Source of the DNA: an uncultured Gemmatimonadota bacterium
Lineage (GTDB): Bacteria; Blakebacterota; Blakebacteria; Blakebacterales; Blakebacteraceae
DNA: 55,971 nucleotides
Direction of reading: 5' to 3'
Assembly: GCA_964637695.1 (NCBI GenBank)
Contig: CAZWVF010000009.1
Coordinates: 1-55,971, forward strand
A program made the translations under genes and the position numbers. The number at the start of each line of letters is the position of its first letter. Position 1 is the first letter of the stretch. The notes under the pieces were generated by a model. It had not been told where the DNA came from. It saw only the letters and a list, made by a program, of their open reading frames with translations, and ran no database searches. Shown piece after piece: positions 47,106-55,971 of this stretch.

Positions 47106-47395
47106 GAAATCACGGAATTGCTCCAGTCAACAATGCCTACCTCGAACCGGTCGAGACCATCATCTGTTATCCCGCGTATGAGGATATTTCCATCACTGCA
47201 GAAGGCGTCGGGCAGGAAGAAGGATCCGGTTCCACCGGCCACATCTACGATCTCGTTAAACAGATACTCACCACCGGGATCCCATACATTCCATGAGTAT
47301 TGAAGCAGGAAATGAAGAGGCCTGTCGGAGAAACGCTCCTGACACATGCCTTTTCTATCATTCCCGAACACAATATTGACCTGCTGTTCACACAA
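47100..47395 (-). pseudogene. Possible 3' remnant of a 6-bladed beta-propeller gene
   Basis: Frame 46979..47395 reads WNVWDPGGEYL...IRGITDDGLDRFEV, resembling C-termini of such proteins; no plausible N-terminus; runs antisense into the nitroreductase. Confidence 0.3.
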
Positions 47396-47420
47396 TACGT
47401 GTACGGAAAGAGCGGGTGAT

Positions 47421-47446
47421 TGTAACCGTCCACCTCTATTATCGTA
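47421..47446 (+). promoter_or_regulatory. ECF-type (SigW/SigX-like) promoter upstream of the second ECF operon
   Basis: TGTAAC (47421..47426), 16-nt spacer, CGTA (47443..47446). Confidence 0.65.
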
Positions 47447-47464
47447 TACTCGTTTAAACCTTTT

Positions 47465-48052
47465 ATGATCTCATGGCATCGAATGAACAGTGACGAGGCA
47501 AATAAACCGGCATCGAGCCCATCGGGCATTCTGACAGACCAGGAGTGCATCGAACGCACGCTGAAGGGTGATATAGCGGCGTTCGAGGTACTCTACCGGA
47601 TGCACGCGGACCGGGTATACGCCATCTGCCTCCGACTGACCGCCAGCGGGGAACTCGCAGAGCGACTGACACAGGACGTATTCGTACAGATCTGGGAGAA
47701 ATTGAGTTCGTTCCGCGGGGAGGCTGCCTTCACAACCTGGCTGCACAGGCTGGCGGTGAACACTGTCCTCCAGGACCGTCGGAAGGAGAAGCGCCGGCAG
47801 GGACGGTTCGTCCAGACCGAAAACGCTGAAGTGGTCACGACAGTTTTCCCAACACCTGCCATCGGGACAAGAATCGACCTGGAAAGGGCGATCGCACAGC
47901 TTCCTGAACGGGCCCGGGCAGTCTTTGTTCTGCACGATGTTGAAGGGTACCGGCATGAAGAGATCGCAGAGATGATGAACACAAGTATCGGGACATCAAA
48001 GGCTCAGCTTCACAGAGCCAGGGATCTGCTGAGAAAGACGTTGGATAGATGA
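47465..48052 (+). CDS. ECF RNA polymerase sigma-70 factor
   Basis: AERLTQDVFVQIW...FRGEAAFTTWLHRLAVN; LPERARAVFVLHDVEGYRHEEIAEMM...SKAQLHRAR; start may be 47483. Confidence 0.93.
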   Translation: MISWHRMNSDEANKPASSPSGILTDQECIERTLKGDIAAFEVLYRMHADRVYAICLRLTASGELAERLTQDVFVQIWEKLSSFRGEAAFTTWLHRLAVNTVLQDRRKEKRRQGRFVQTENAEVVTTVFPTPAIGTRIDLERAIAQLPERARAVFVLHDVEGYRHEEIAEMMNTSIGTSKAQLHRARDLLRKTLDR

Positions 48053-48714
48053 ACTGTACCGACGCACAGACACTCTTCAATCAATACATGGATGGAGAAC
48101 TTCAATCGACTGAACGATCGGAGTTCGAAGAACATCTGGCTGCCTGTGTTTCCTGCAGTGAGTCTCTCGCCGGGCTGAGGGCACTGCTGGATCAGGCGGA
48201 GGAATTGCCGCCGTTGATCTCGCCACATAACGATCTGTGGCCGGGGATCAGAAATCAGATCGAAGAGAAGACGGTCCAATCACATGTAAGGAGTTCACCT
48301 TTCAGACGCCCGGGATGGCATTCCCGGCCGCTGGTCACGGTCGCTGCAACTTTCATGATCATCGCTTTCTCCGTGATTGCTTTACGTCTTTACAGCGACG
48401 GGATCGATTCGGCCGAGCGGTACCTGGCCGAATGGAATCAGGGTCTGGTCACGCTTGCGGCCATGGAGAAGCAGTACATGGGAGCAACGGAGGATCTCAT
48501 TTACTCCATCAGGGGATATGAGAGCAATCTGCCTGAATCGACCAGGGATGTCATCGAAATGAACCTGGAATTAATAGAAAGCGCCATCCATGATTCACGA
48601 ATGGCACTGCTCAATAATCCATCAGATGCAGAACTGCAGTCGATGTTATCGGCAAATTACCGCCGGAAGATTGAACTGCTGCAATGGACTGCCCAGCTCA
48701 CAACACAATTATAA
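48049..48714 (+). CDS. Zinc-finger anti-sigma factor
   Basis: YMDGEL...EEHLAACVSC, one TM, ATGA coupling to the sigma gene. Confidence 0.85.
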   Translation: MNCTDAQTLFNQYMDGELQSTERSEFEEHLAACVSCSESLAGLRALLDQAEELPPLISPHNDLWPGIRNQIEEKTVQSHVRSSPFRRPGWHSRPLVTVAATFMIIAFSVIALRLYSDGIDSAERYLAEWNQGLVTLAAMEKQYMGATEDLIYSIRGYESNLPESTRDVIEMNLELIESAIHDSRMALLNNPSDAELQSMLSANYRRKIELLQWTAQLTTQL

Positions 48715-48728
48715 AAGGGGATTCAGCC

Positions 48729-49661
48729 ATGAACTACGCAAGAAAGACAACTGGAAATACACTTCGATCGATCGGTAGTGCATTTATTCTGGTCTCCTTG
48801 ATATCGACCAGCGTGGCCGCCCAGCAGAGAGTGGATGAAACCAAAGCTGCCAGAGCCGACGGTCTGGTCAAGATCTACAACCTGAGTGGTTCAATCAAGG
48901 TAACAAGCTCCAATCGCAACGAAGTATCAGTAAAGGGCACCCTGGGAGAGGGAACCGAACGTCTCGATTTCACCGTCAGTGGCAACGAGACGGTCATCGA
49001 AGTTGTGATCATGGATAAAGATGAGAGGAATAGAAGGAACATCCGGCGCATCAGGGGATCGGAGCTCGAAATAACCGTTCCCGCCGGAAGCCGGCTCGAT
49101 GTTGAGACTGTCAGTGCCGACATCACGGTTTCCGGTGTCAGCGGTGACATGGACGTCGAAACGGTCAGCGGAAACCTGGAGGTCGGGGCAACTACCGGAA
49201 GAATCTGGGCCCAGTGCATCAGCGGCGACATCACGATCGCCTCGAGCCGGGGACCGCTGAGGGCCAAAACCGTCAGTGGCCGGATTACCGTGCGTGAAGT
49301 CACCGGACGTTTCGACGTCGGAACGATCAGCGGAGACATCAAGGTAAATGGTATAAACATCGAAGAGGGCACATTCGAATCGCTTTCAGGGGATCAGGAA
49401 TTCCAGGGCACCCTGGCGGCCGGCAGCAACCTGATGATGAAGAATCACAGCGGTTCGATCGATCTTTACCTGTCTGCTGACGTTTCAGCCAGTTTCGATG
49501 TCACGACCTTCAGCGGAGACATCAGGAACAAATTCGGTCAGGAGGCAACCCGCACAAATCGATTCGTACCCGGTGAGGTTCTGGTGTTCGAGACAGGGGG
49601 CGGCTCTGCCCGTGTCAAGATCACAACCTTCAGCGGAAACGTCGAAATCAACAAAAAGTAA
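48729..49661 (+). CDS. DUF4097-family beta-strand repeat protein
   Basis: Signal peptide; repeated ETVSAD/ETVSGN/KTVSGR/GTISGD/TTFSGD units; ATG 48729 with GGGG SD. Confidence 0.85.
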   Translation: MNYARKTTGNTLRSIGSAFILVSLISTSVAAQQRVDETKAARADGLVKIYNLSGSIKVTSSNRNEVSVKGTLGEGTERLDFTVSGNETVIEVVIMDKDERNRRNIRRIRGSELEITVPAGSRLDVETVSADITVSGVSGDMDVETVSGNLEVGATTGRIWAQCISGDITIASSRGPLRAKTVSGRITVREVTGRFDVGTISGDIKVNGINIEEGTFESLSGDQEFQGTLAAGSNLMMKNHSGSIDLYLSADVSASFDVTTFSGDIRNKFGQEATRTNRFVPGEVLVFETGGGSARVKITTFSGNVEINKK

Positions 49662-50559
49662 TCAATGCTTCCATAAATGCCGCGACTCCGGCCGTCAGAT
49701 TGTTCAGACTGTACCCACCTTCAAGCACTCCTGCCAGGGGTGCACCGGTATCTAGCAGTCGCCTGGTAAAAGCAGCATAATCTTCCGGCTTGAGCGTAAA
49801 GCCTGCCAGAGGGTCGAGCGACATCGAATCGAATCCGGCACTGACCAGAATGAGGTCGGATTTCCATTCATCGGTCGCTTCATCTATAGCTGTCAGAAGA
49901 TCTCCAACATAATCTTCGGGCTGCAGTCCCGGCGGGCGTGGAATATTCCAGATATTGCCGCATCCCCTCTCCGGAGCTGAGCCAGTGCCCGGATAGTGAG
50001 GCCACTGATGAATGGAGATATACCTTATGGATGGCTCCTCTTCCACAAGGGCCTGGGTGCCATTTCCGTGGTGTACGTCCCAGTCCACGATCAGAACTCT
50101 TTCAACACCATCTGTCGCCAGTGCATCCCGGGCGGCAACAACCACATTGTTGAATAGACAGAATCCCATGGCCCGGTCGGCCAGAGCGTGATGTCCCGGT
50201 GGCCTCACCGCAGCAAATGCACCCTCTCCTCTATCCAGGGCCAGTCGTGCAGCAGTAATCGAACCTCCTGCCGCTCTCAGGGCCGCCTGCCAGCTGGAGC
50301 TGTTGGTTGCCGTGTCGGGATCGAGTTGGGCACCCCCCCGCTCGCTCGATTCCCTTATGATCTGAAGATATGAAAGTGTATGGGCCCTCATGAGCTGCTC
50401 TTCGGTTGCTTCCGGTGCTTCATGCCACTCGATCACGGGCTGCCAGGATGATTCATGCAGGAAATCGAGCAGCGCCTGCAGTCGCTCCGGTCTCTCCGGA
50501 TGTCCGTACCCCGCACTGTGTTCGAGGCATTTCGGATGGGTTACGACGTGCACTTTCAC
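49648..50559 (-). CDS. Histone deacetylase family protein (Zn-dependent deacetylase)
   Basis: GHPERPERL, VRPPGHHA, MGFCLFNN, DWDVHHGNGTQ, SAGFD, LEGGY; GTG start at 50559. Confidence 0.93.
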   Translation of the reverse strand: MKVHVVTHPKCLEHSAGYGHPERPERLQALLDFLHESSWQPVIEWHEAPEATEEQLMRAHTLSYLQIIRESSERGGAQLDPDTATNSSSWQAALRAAGGSITAARLALDRGEGAFAAVRPPGHHALADRAMGFCLFNNVVVAARDALATDGVERVLIVDWDVHHGNGTQALVEEEPSIRYISIHQWPHYPGTGSAPERGCGNIWNIPRPPGLQPEDYVGDLLTAIDEATDEWKSDLILVSAGFDSMSLDPLAGFTLKPEDYAAFTRRLLDTGAPLAGVLEGGYSLNNLTAGVAAFMEALITFC

Positions 50560-50902
50560 CGTTCGGCCGCCTGATCGAGGGGAAAGATGCAGCCCCGGCA
50601 ATCATTCATGTGTGAGTTCACAAGGGTCGAGACTGGAAACACCTTCAGGTCATCTATCGCAGGTGTGATTGTGTATCGTCCCCACATGACTCAGAGTGTA
50701 ATCCTTTTCCTTCCAATGAACAGAGGCAATCTGTACTATCAAATATTGGAGCATTCTGACTCAGAACACCAGGCATGCTGATTGTAGTGGCCAAATTAAT
50801 TAGGATTCCTAAATTATAGATAATATTAAAAAAGCCACTGCGCAACACGACTGATCACGTTTTAATCAAACCTGCTGAAATGGGAAGTACGAGGAGACTG
50901 AT

Positions 50903-51994
50903 ATGCCACTCACCGAACTCGAGCAGTTCACCATTTCACGTCTCCAGATCCTGGATGAAGAGGGTAATGCAGATCCGGAACTGGAACCCGATCTGAAAGA
51001 GGATGAACTGATCGAAATCTACAGCTTGATGGTTCGTGCACGCGAACTCGATCAGAGAATGCTGAACATGCAGAGGCAGGGCCGGATAGGAACCTTCGGA
51101 CCCTGTACCGGCCAGGAGGCTTCCGTTGTCGGACCAGCATATGCCATGGGAGAGAAGGACTGGCTGGTAACGGCTTTCAGGGAGCTGGGAGCCAGGCTTG
51201 CGCGTGGTGAGCCGATGGAGAATGCACTCCTCTTCCACAACGGTTTCGAAGAGGGCAATGTTCTGCCTGAGGGCACTTCCAACATCGCACCCATCTCGAT
51301 AATCGTCGGGTCTCAGGCGCTTTATGCGACCGGAATAGCATACGCTCTGAAATACAGGGATGAGGATGCCGCGGTCGTAACATTCTTTGGGGATGGCGGA
51401 TCCTCGCAGGGAGATGTCTATGAGGCGATGAACTTTGCGGGAGTGTGGAACGCTCCCGTAGTTTTCATCTGCCAGAATAACCAGTGGGCGATTTCGATGC
51501 GGCGTGAGAATCAGACTGCAGCCTCAACGATAGCACAGAAGGCGATAGCAGCCGGCATCGAGGGCATACAGGTCGACGGCAATGATGTGCTGGCCACATA
51601 TTCAGCCGCAAAGCAGGCACTTGAGAAGGCCCGTTCGAGAGGGGGCCCAACCCTTATCGAATCGACTACCTATCGCCTGATGATGCACACCACCGCAGAC
51701 GATCCGAAGAAATACAGGTCTGAAGAAGAGGAGAAGGAGGCATGGGAGAGGGAACCGATCCCCCGATTCCGGAAATATCTGGAGAAGAAGGGCATCTGGG
51801 ACGAGAAGAAGCAGGAGGCTCTGGAGCGGGAAGTGAAGGCCGAGGTTGACGGCGTTGTAGCCGAATTTGAAGCAAAGACAGATTTCGATCCCGCAATACT
51901 GTTCGATCATGTGTTCGGTACGAAACACGACGAGATCGAGGAACAGCGGGCCCAATTCCTGGCAAATACTGCAAGGGAAGCGGCCGATGCCTAA
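50903..51994 (+). CDS. pdhA: 2-oxoacid (pyruvate or branched-chain) dehydrogenase E1 alpha
   Basis: QRQGRIG, GQEAS, ThDP motif GDGGSSQGDVYEAMNF...NNQWAIS, VDGND, HTTADDPKKYRS. Confidence 0.9.
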   Translation: MPLTELEQFTISRLQILDEEGNADPELEPDLKEDELIEIYSLMVRARELDQRMLNMQRQGRIGTFGPCTGQEASVVGPAYAMGEKDWLVTAFRELGARLARGEPMENALLFHNGFEEGNVLPEGTSNIAPISIIVGSQALYATGIAYALKYRDEDAAVVTFFGDGGSSQGDVYEAMNFAGVWNAPVVFICQNNQWAISMRRENQTAASTIAQKAIAAGIEGIQVDGNDVLATYSAAKQALEKARSRGGPTLIESTTYRLMMHTTADDPKKYRSEEEEKEAWEREPIPRFRKYLEKKGIWDEKKQEALEREVKAEVDGVVAEFEAKTDFDPAILFDHVFGTKHDEIEEQRAQFLANTAREAADA

Positions 51995-52967
51995 ACTGAA
52001 TATGGTGCAGGCGATCAATCTTGGTCTGAAGCAGGAGATGGCCAGAGATGACAGTGTCGTCATCATGGGTGAGGATGTCGGCATCGATGGAGGAGTCTTC
52101 CGTGTCACCGACGGTCTGATAGACAGATTCGGTGAACAGAGGGTCATCGATACGCCTCTGGCCGAATCGGGGATCATGGGTACGGCGACAGGTATGGCAA
52201 TGGCAGGTCTGCGCCCGGTGGCGGAGATGCAGTTCTCGGGATTCTCCTATCAGATGATCCCGCATCTGGAGGGCCACGCCTCCAGGCTGCGCCAGAGAAC
52301 CCTCGGCCACATGAATGTGCCTCTGGTGGTGCGCATGCCTTATGGCGGCGGTGTAAGAGCTCTCGAACACCACTCTGAAAGCCGCGAGGCCATATATGCT
52401 CACATGCCCGGAGTGAAGGTTGTAATCCCTTCGGGGCCCCGCAATGCCAGGGCTCTAATAGTCGCAGCGGTACGGGATCCCGACCCCGTCGTCTTCATGG
52501 AGCCGAAGCACTCCTACCGGGCCTTCAAGGAGGAGGTACCGGAGGAGGAAGAGGTAATGGAGATCGGTAGGTCCCAGATCGTTCAGGAAGGTTCGGCGCT
52601 GACCGTTGTATCCTGGGGCTCGATGATGCGTCCAGTCCTTGCTGCAGTTGAGGAGGTCCGGCAATCCAGGGGGATCGAGATCGAGGTCATCGACCTCCTG
52701 ACAATTTCCCCGATGGACAGCAACACCATCATCGAGTCGGTGAAGAAGACCGGCAGGTGCGTTGTGGTTCAGGAGGCACCGAAATCGCTGGGTGCTGCAT
52801 CCGAGATAATCGCACGTATAAATGACAGGGCATTGCTCTATCTGGAGGCTCCGGTACGAAGGGTGACCAATTACGATGTGGTCACGCCCTATTTCGGGCG
52901 TGAACTCAGTTTTATCCCCAACGCCGGCCGGATACGCAGGGAGATCGAGGAAACGCTAGTGTTCTGA
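51987..52967 (+). CDS. pdhB: 2-oxoacid dehydrogenase E1 beta
   Basis: GEDVGIDGGVFRVTDGL, DTPLAESGI, EMQFSGF, GGGVRALEHHSES, DPVVFMEPK; ATG 51987. Confidence 0.92.
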   Translation: MPKLNMVQAINLGLKQEMARDDSVVIMGEDVGIDGGVFRVTDGLIDRFGEQRVIDTPLAESGIMGTATGMAMAGLRPVAEMQFSGFSYQMIPHLEGHASRLRQRTLGHMNVPLVVRMPYGGGVRALEHHSESREAIYAHMPGVKVVIPSGPRNARALIVAAVRDPDPVVFMEPKHSYRAFKEEVPEEEEVMEIGRSQIVQEGSALTVVSWGSMMRPVLAAVEEVRQSRGIEIEVIDLLTISPMDSNTIIESVKKTGRCVVVQEAPKSLGAASEIIARINDRALLYLEAPVRRVTNYDVVTPYFGRELSFIPNAGRIRREIEETLVF

Positions 52968-53010
52968 GTCAGAAGTCCGTTGCATAACAGAGGGCTCCGC
53001 TGCGCTGCTC

Positions 53011-53071
53011 CGGCCAGGCGCGGCGACGAGGCATAGCGGTGGCTATGGCGAGGAGGCGCAACACCGCCGGT
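53011..53071. repeat. Hairpin core of the MITE-like repeat with different flanks, between pdhB and pdhC
   Basis: 53016..53058 is the exact reverse complement of 44100..44142 (43 nt). Confidence 0.8.
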
Positions 53072-53142
53072 GCGGATGCTGCAGAGGACGAATTACAGCG
53101 GATTTTAGATTCAGGACACTTTACTTTTGAGGAGGTTCGACC

Positions 53143-54444
53143 GTGTACGAGTTCAAGCTGCCCGACCTCGGAGAGGGAATCCGGGAAGGAGAGATCCTCA
53201 AGTGGCACGTTTCCGAGGGGGAAACGATCGGGGAGGACCAGCCGCTGATAGACATCGAGACAGACAAGGCAGCCGTAACCATCCCCTCACCTGCAGCAGG
53301 CGTGGTATCGAAGCTCAACGGCAATGTGGGTGACATCCTGAACGTGGGCGATGTGTTAGCTGTGATCGGAGATGGCAAGGGTGTAGTGACCGAAGTCGCG
53401 CCGTCACTGCCCGCAGAGGTTGCCGAGCCTGTCTCAGAACCTGAGCCGGCCATAACTGCCGAAGCAGTCGCGCCTGCCCCGACAGTTCCCGTTGTGCGTA
53501 CCGGTCCGGTTCCGGCGGCCCCCGCCACCAGGCGTCTGGCCAGGGAACTCGGAATAGACATCAACCTGGTGCCTCCCACCGGTCCCGCAGGACGGGTCAC
53601 CTCGGAGGATGTGCGCCTCTTTTCCGAAGGGAAAACGCCGGAGGCTGCAGTTCCGGAAGCCGGGACCGAATTCGCCGCCGGAACGGCATCGGCCATCCCC
53701 TTCCTCGACCTCGAACCCCTGCCCGATTTCAGCCGGTGGGGAGAGGTCGAAATCGAAGAATTCCGCTCCATCCGCCGCAAGGTCGCCCACAGGATGGTCA
53801 CCTCGATGATCCTGGTTCCACACGTCGCACATATGGATGAGGCCGACGTGACAAATCTAGAAATATTCCGCAGGAAGGAGAGAGAACGGATCGAGGGCCA
53901 GCCGGGTGGAAAGCTGACCTTACTGCCATTTATAATTAAAGCGGTAACGGCAGGTCTGAAGGAGACCCCCGCTTTCAATGCCTCTCTCGATCCCTTCGGT
54001 GAAAAGATCATCTACAAGAAGTACTACAACATCGGAGTGGCCGTTGACACCGGTAAGGGACTGGTGGTTCCTGTCGTCAGGGATACCGACTGCAAGAGCA
54101 TCAGGCAGATCTCGGCCGATATCGAGGATCTGGCGGTCAGGGCCCGCGAGGGAACGCTCACGGTAGACGAGATGCGGGGCGGGACCTTTACGATTACCAA
54201 CGTCGGGCCGCTGGGTGGAACCGCACTCATCCCAACCATCAATTACCCGGAGGTTGCGATTCTGGGGATGGGACGGGCCCAGCCGAAGCCGGTTGTGGTT
54301 GACGGTGAGATAGTGATCAGAACGATCCTGCCGCTCACCCTGGCATTCGACCACCGGATCGCCGACGGAGCGGACGCTGCCCGGTTCGTAACCGAGATGA
54401 TCCGTCAGCTCTCCGATCCGAGTCTGCTCCTTCTGGAGGCTTAA
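53143..54444 (+). CDS. pdhC: Dihydrolipoamide acyltransferase E2
   Basis: FKLPDLGEGI, IETDKA lipoyl lysine, AAPATRRLARELG E3-binding domain, GTFTITNVG, FDHRIADG. Confidence 0.93.
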   Translation: MYEFKLPDLGEGIREGEILKWHVSEGETIGEDQPLIDIETDKAAVTIPSPAAGVVSKLNGNVGDILNVGDVLAVIGDGKGVVTEVAPSLPAEVAEPVSEPEPAITAEAVAPAPTVPVVRTGPVPAAPATRRLARELGIDINLVPPTGPAGRVTSEDVRLFSEGKTPEAAVPEAGTEFAAGTASAIPFLDLEPLPDFSRWGEVEIEEFRSIRRKVAHRMVTSMILVPHVAHMDEADVTNLEIFRRKERERIEGQPGGKLTLLPFIIKAVTAGLKETPAFNASLDPFGEKIIYKKYYNIGVAVDTGKGLVVPVVRDTDCKSIRQISADIEDLAVRAREGTLTVDEMRGGTFTITNVGPLGGTALIPTINYPEVAILGMGRAQPKPVVVDGEIVIRTILPLTLAFDHRIADGADAARFVTEMIRQLSDPSLLLLEA

Positions 54445-54446
54445 CA

Positions 54447-55862
54447 ATGGTAATGGGAGAACTGCATCAGGAGACCGAACTGGCCATCATAGGAGCCGGT
54501 CCTGGAGGATATGTGGCAGCACTGAGGGCAGCCGATTTGGGCAGGGAAGTCATACTTATCGAGGAGAGAGACCGCCTCGGCGGTACCTGCCTGCTGGAAG
54601 GATGCATTCCATCCAAAACTCTCATCAATGCTGTCGAACTGGCTGAATCGGCAAAGCACGCCGATCAGATGGGACTGAAATTCTCAGGTCTCGAATTCGA
54701 CACATCCGCCCTGCTCGCATATTCTGAGAAGGTGATCAAGACGCTGACGGCCGGCGTCAATTCACTTGTGAAAAACAGAGGTATCGAAGTCATCGAGGGG
54801 CGGGCAAGGTTTACCGATAACCGCACCCTGCAGGTCGAAGGTACGGGAAAGATCGATTTCCGCAAATGCATCATCGCCACGGGCTCGCGGATCAACGAGC
54901 TGCCGGCTGCTTACGAAAAACCTGTCTGGAGTTCGGCCGATGCACTGAAGCTGCCCTCTGTCCCGGAAACACTGCTGGTTGTGGGGGGCGGTTACATCGG
55001 AATGGAGCTGGGTCTTGTCTATGCAGGTCTCGGTTCACGGGTGACAATGGTCGAATTCTTCCCCCGGCTGCTGATGGGAGCCGATTTCGATCTGGTCGAC
55101 ATCATGGTCAAGAACGTCTCGGATAGGTTCGAGGAGATAAAAGTCGATTCGAAGGTGACCGGCATCGAGAAAACTTCGGCCGGATTCACAGTGGATATCG
55201 ACCATGAAGGAGAGAGCACCGGATCTGAATACGAGCAGGTCCTGGTAGCGGTGGGACGCAGACCGAACACCGATGACCTCGGCCTGGAGAACACAAACAT
55301 ACAGCCGAATGATATGGGAACGATTCCGGTCGATGAAGAGTTGAGAACCAGCGAAGCGAACATATATGCCATTGGCGATGTGGCACCCGGTCCCATGCTG
55401 GCACACAAGGCCAGCCGGGAGGCCAAGGTTGCAGCTGAGATCATCGCCGGTCACAAATCTGCCTTCGACAACCGTGCAATCCCTGCTGTTGTATTCACCG
55501 ATCCCGAAATCGCCTGGACCGGGCTCACCGAACGGGAGGCCGAAGCAGAGGGCCGCGAGGTGAACGTTGGCAGATTCCCGTTGAGGGCGCTGGGAAGGGC
55601 GAGAACCATGGGACGCACTGAAGGCATGACCAAGATAATCTCCGATCCCGAGAGCAACCTCGTCCTGGGAGCCGGCATGGTTGGACCCCACGTCTCCGAA
55701 CTCATTGCCGAGGCCACACTCGCCATCGAGATGGGGGCTTCTCTGGAGGACCTGATGGTCACGATCCACCCGCACCCGACCATTTCGGAAGCGATCATGG
55801 AGGCAGCCGAAGTCGGCGCGGGCGTTCCCATTCATATCCCGCCTGCAGCAAAGAAATCTTGA
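54447..55862 (+). CDS. lpdA: Dihydrolipoamide dehydrogenase E3
   Basis: GAGPGGY, LGGTCLLEGCIPSK, IATGS, GGGYIG, IYAIGD, MLAHKA, HPHPTISE. Confidence 0.96.
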   Translation: MVMGELHQETELAIIGAGPGGYVAALRAADLGREVILIEERDRLGGTCLLEGCIPSKTLINAVELAESAKHADQMGLKFSGLEFDTSALLAYSEKVIKTLTAGVNSLVKNRGIEVIEGRARFTDNRTLQVEGTGKIDFRKCIIATGSRINELPAAYEKPVWSSADALKLPSVPETLLVVGGGYIGMELGLVYAGLGSRVTMVEFFPRLLMGADFDLVDIMVKNVSDRFEEIKVDSKVTGIEKTSAGFTVDIDHEGESTGSEYEQVLVAVGRRPNTDDLGLENTNIQPNDMGTIPVDEELRTSEANIYAIGDVAPGPMLAHKASREAKVAAEIIAGHKSAFDNRAIPAVVFTDPEIAWTGLTEREAEAEGREVNVGRFPLRALGRARTMGRTEGMTKIISDPESNLVLGAGMVGPHVSELIAEATLAIEMGASLEDLMVTIHPHPTISEAIMEAAEVGAGVPIHIPPAAKKS

Positions 55863-55971
55863 CCGCAGGCGATCCGAACGAAGCACATCTCCAGACAGGA
55901 TCTTACGATCTGGACGAAGATCTGCTTGAAGCGACCCGATCCCGTGGCTGCACCCAGATCCAGCTTTACAG
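55859..55971 (+). CDS. Partial CDS, possibly a lipoate-protein ligase family protein (truncated by window end)
   Basis: TTG overlapping the lpdA stop (TTGA), open to the window end: MTAGDPNEAHLQTGSYDLDEDLLEATRSRGCTQIQLY, resembling the xxDExLL...xxLY start of lipoate ligases. Confidence 0.35.
   Translation, partial: MTAGDPNEAHLQTGSYDLDEDLLEATRSRGCTQIQLY

Overview
A moderately GC-rich bacterial chromosomal segment that is mostly housekeeping. Gene content (PorV-like barrel, Big_5 lipoprotein, peptidase-PD40-Omp85 protein, YjbH-like barrel) suggests an FCB-superphylum lineage, but that is inference. Left part (minus strand): ECF sigma/anti-sigma, recO, mgtE, ftsB, eno, PorV-like, larC, larB, dusB and a methyltransferase. 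These are followed by pepA, pcnB, an Omp85-family protein, a PhzF-family protein, rpsT, an MBL hydrolase and guaB3. A long minus-strand run then holds dapF, a lipoprotein, gcvPB/PA/H, accC, a PilT-family ATPase, accB, efp, a Xaa-Pro peptidase, an acidic TPR protein, rfaE2/rfaE1, a Minf_1886-family gene, a lipoprotein, a ychF paralogue, a YjbH-like gene and an OSBS/NSAR enzyme. The right end holds a nitroreductase, a second ECF/anti-sigma/DUF4097 cluster, an HDAC-family deacetylase and a 2-oxoacid dehydrogenase operon. The best candidate for an undescribed system is a tightly coupled 7-gene plus-strand operon at about 20.6-28.0 kb. It encodes a divergent squalene/phytoene-synthase-fold enzyme, a CrtC/AttH-like protein, an ABC exporter, a PEMT/ICMT-methyltransferase-Lgt fusion, a fold-type-III PLP enzyme lacking its catalytic Cys, and an aldehyde dehydrogenase; it plausibly makes, attaches and exports an unusual isoprenoid or amino lipid. 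The window also carries two dispersed palindromic repeat families: a 166-bp MITE-like element with a modular hairpin core and a 34-bp REP-like palindrome, some copies of which supply gene stop codons. Several readable sigma70 and ECF promoters are present. I recognised no rRNA, tRNA, CRISPR array, integrase or transposase. All family calls come from motif recognition by eye, not database searches.
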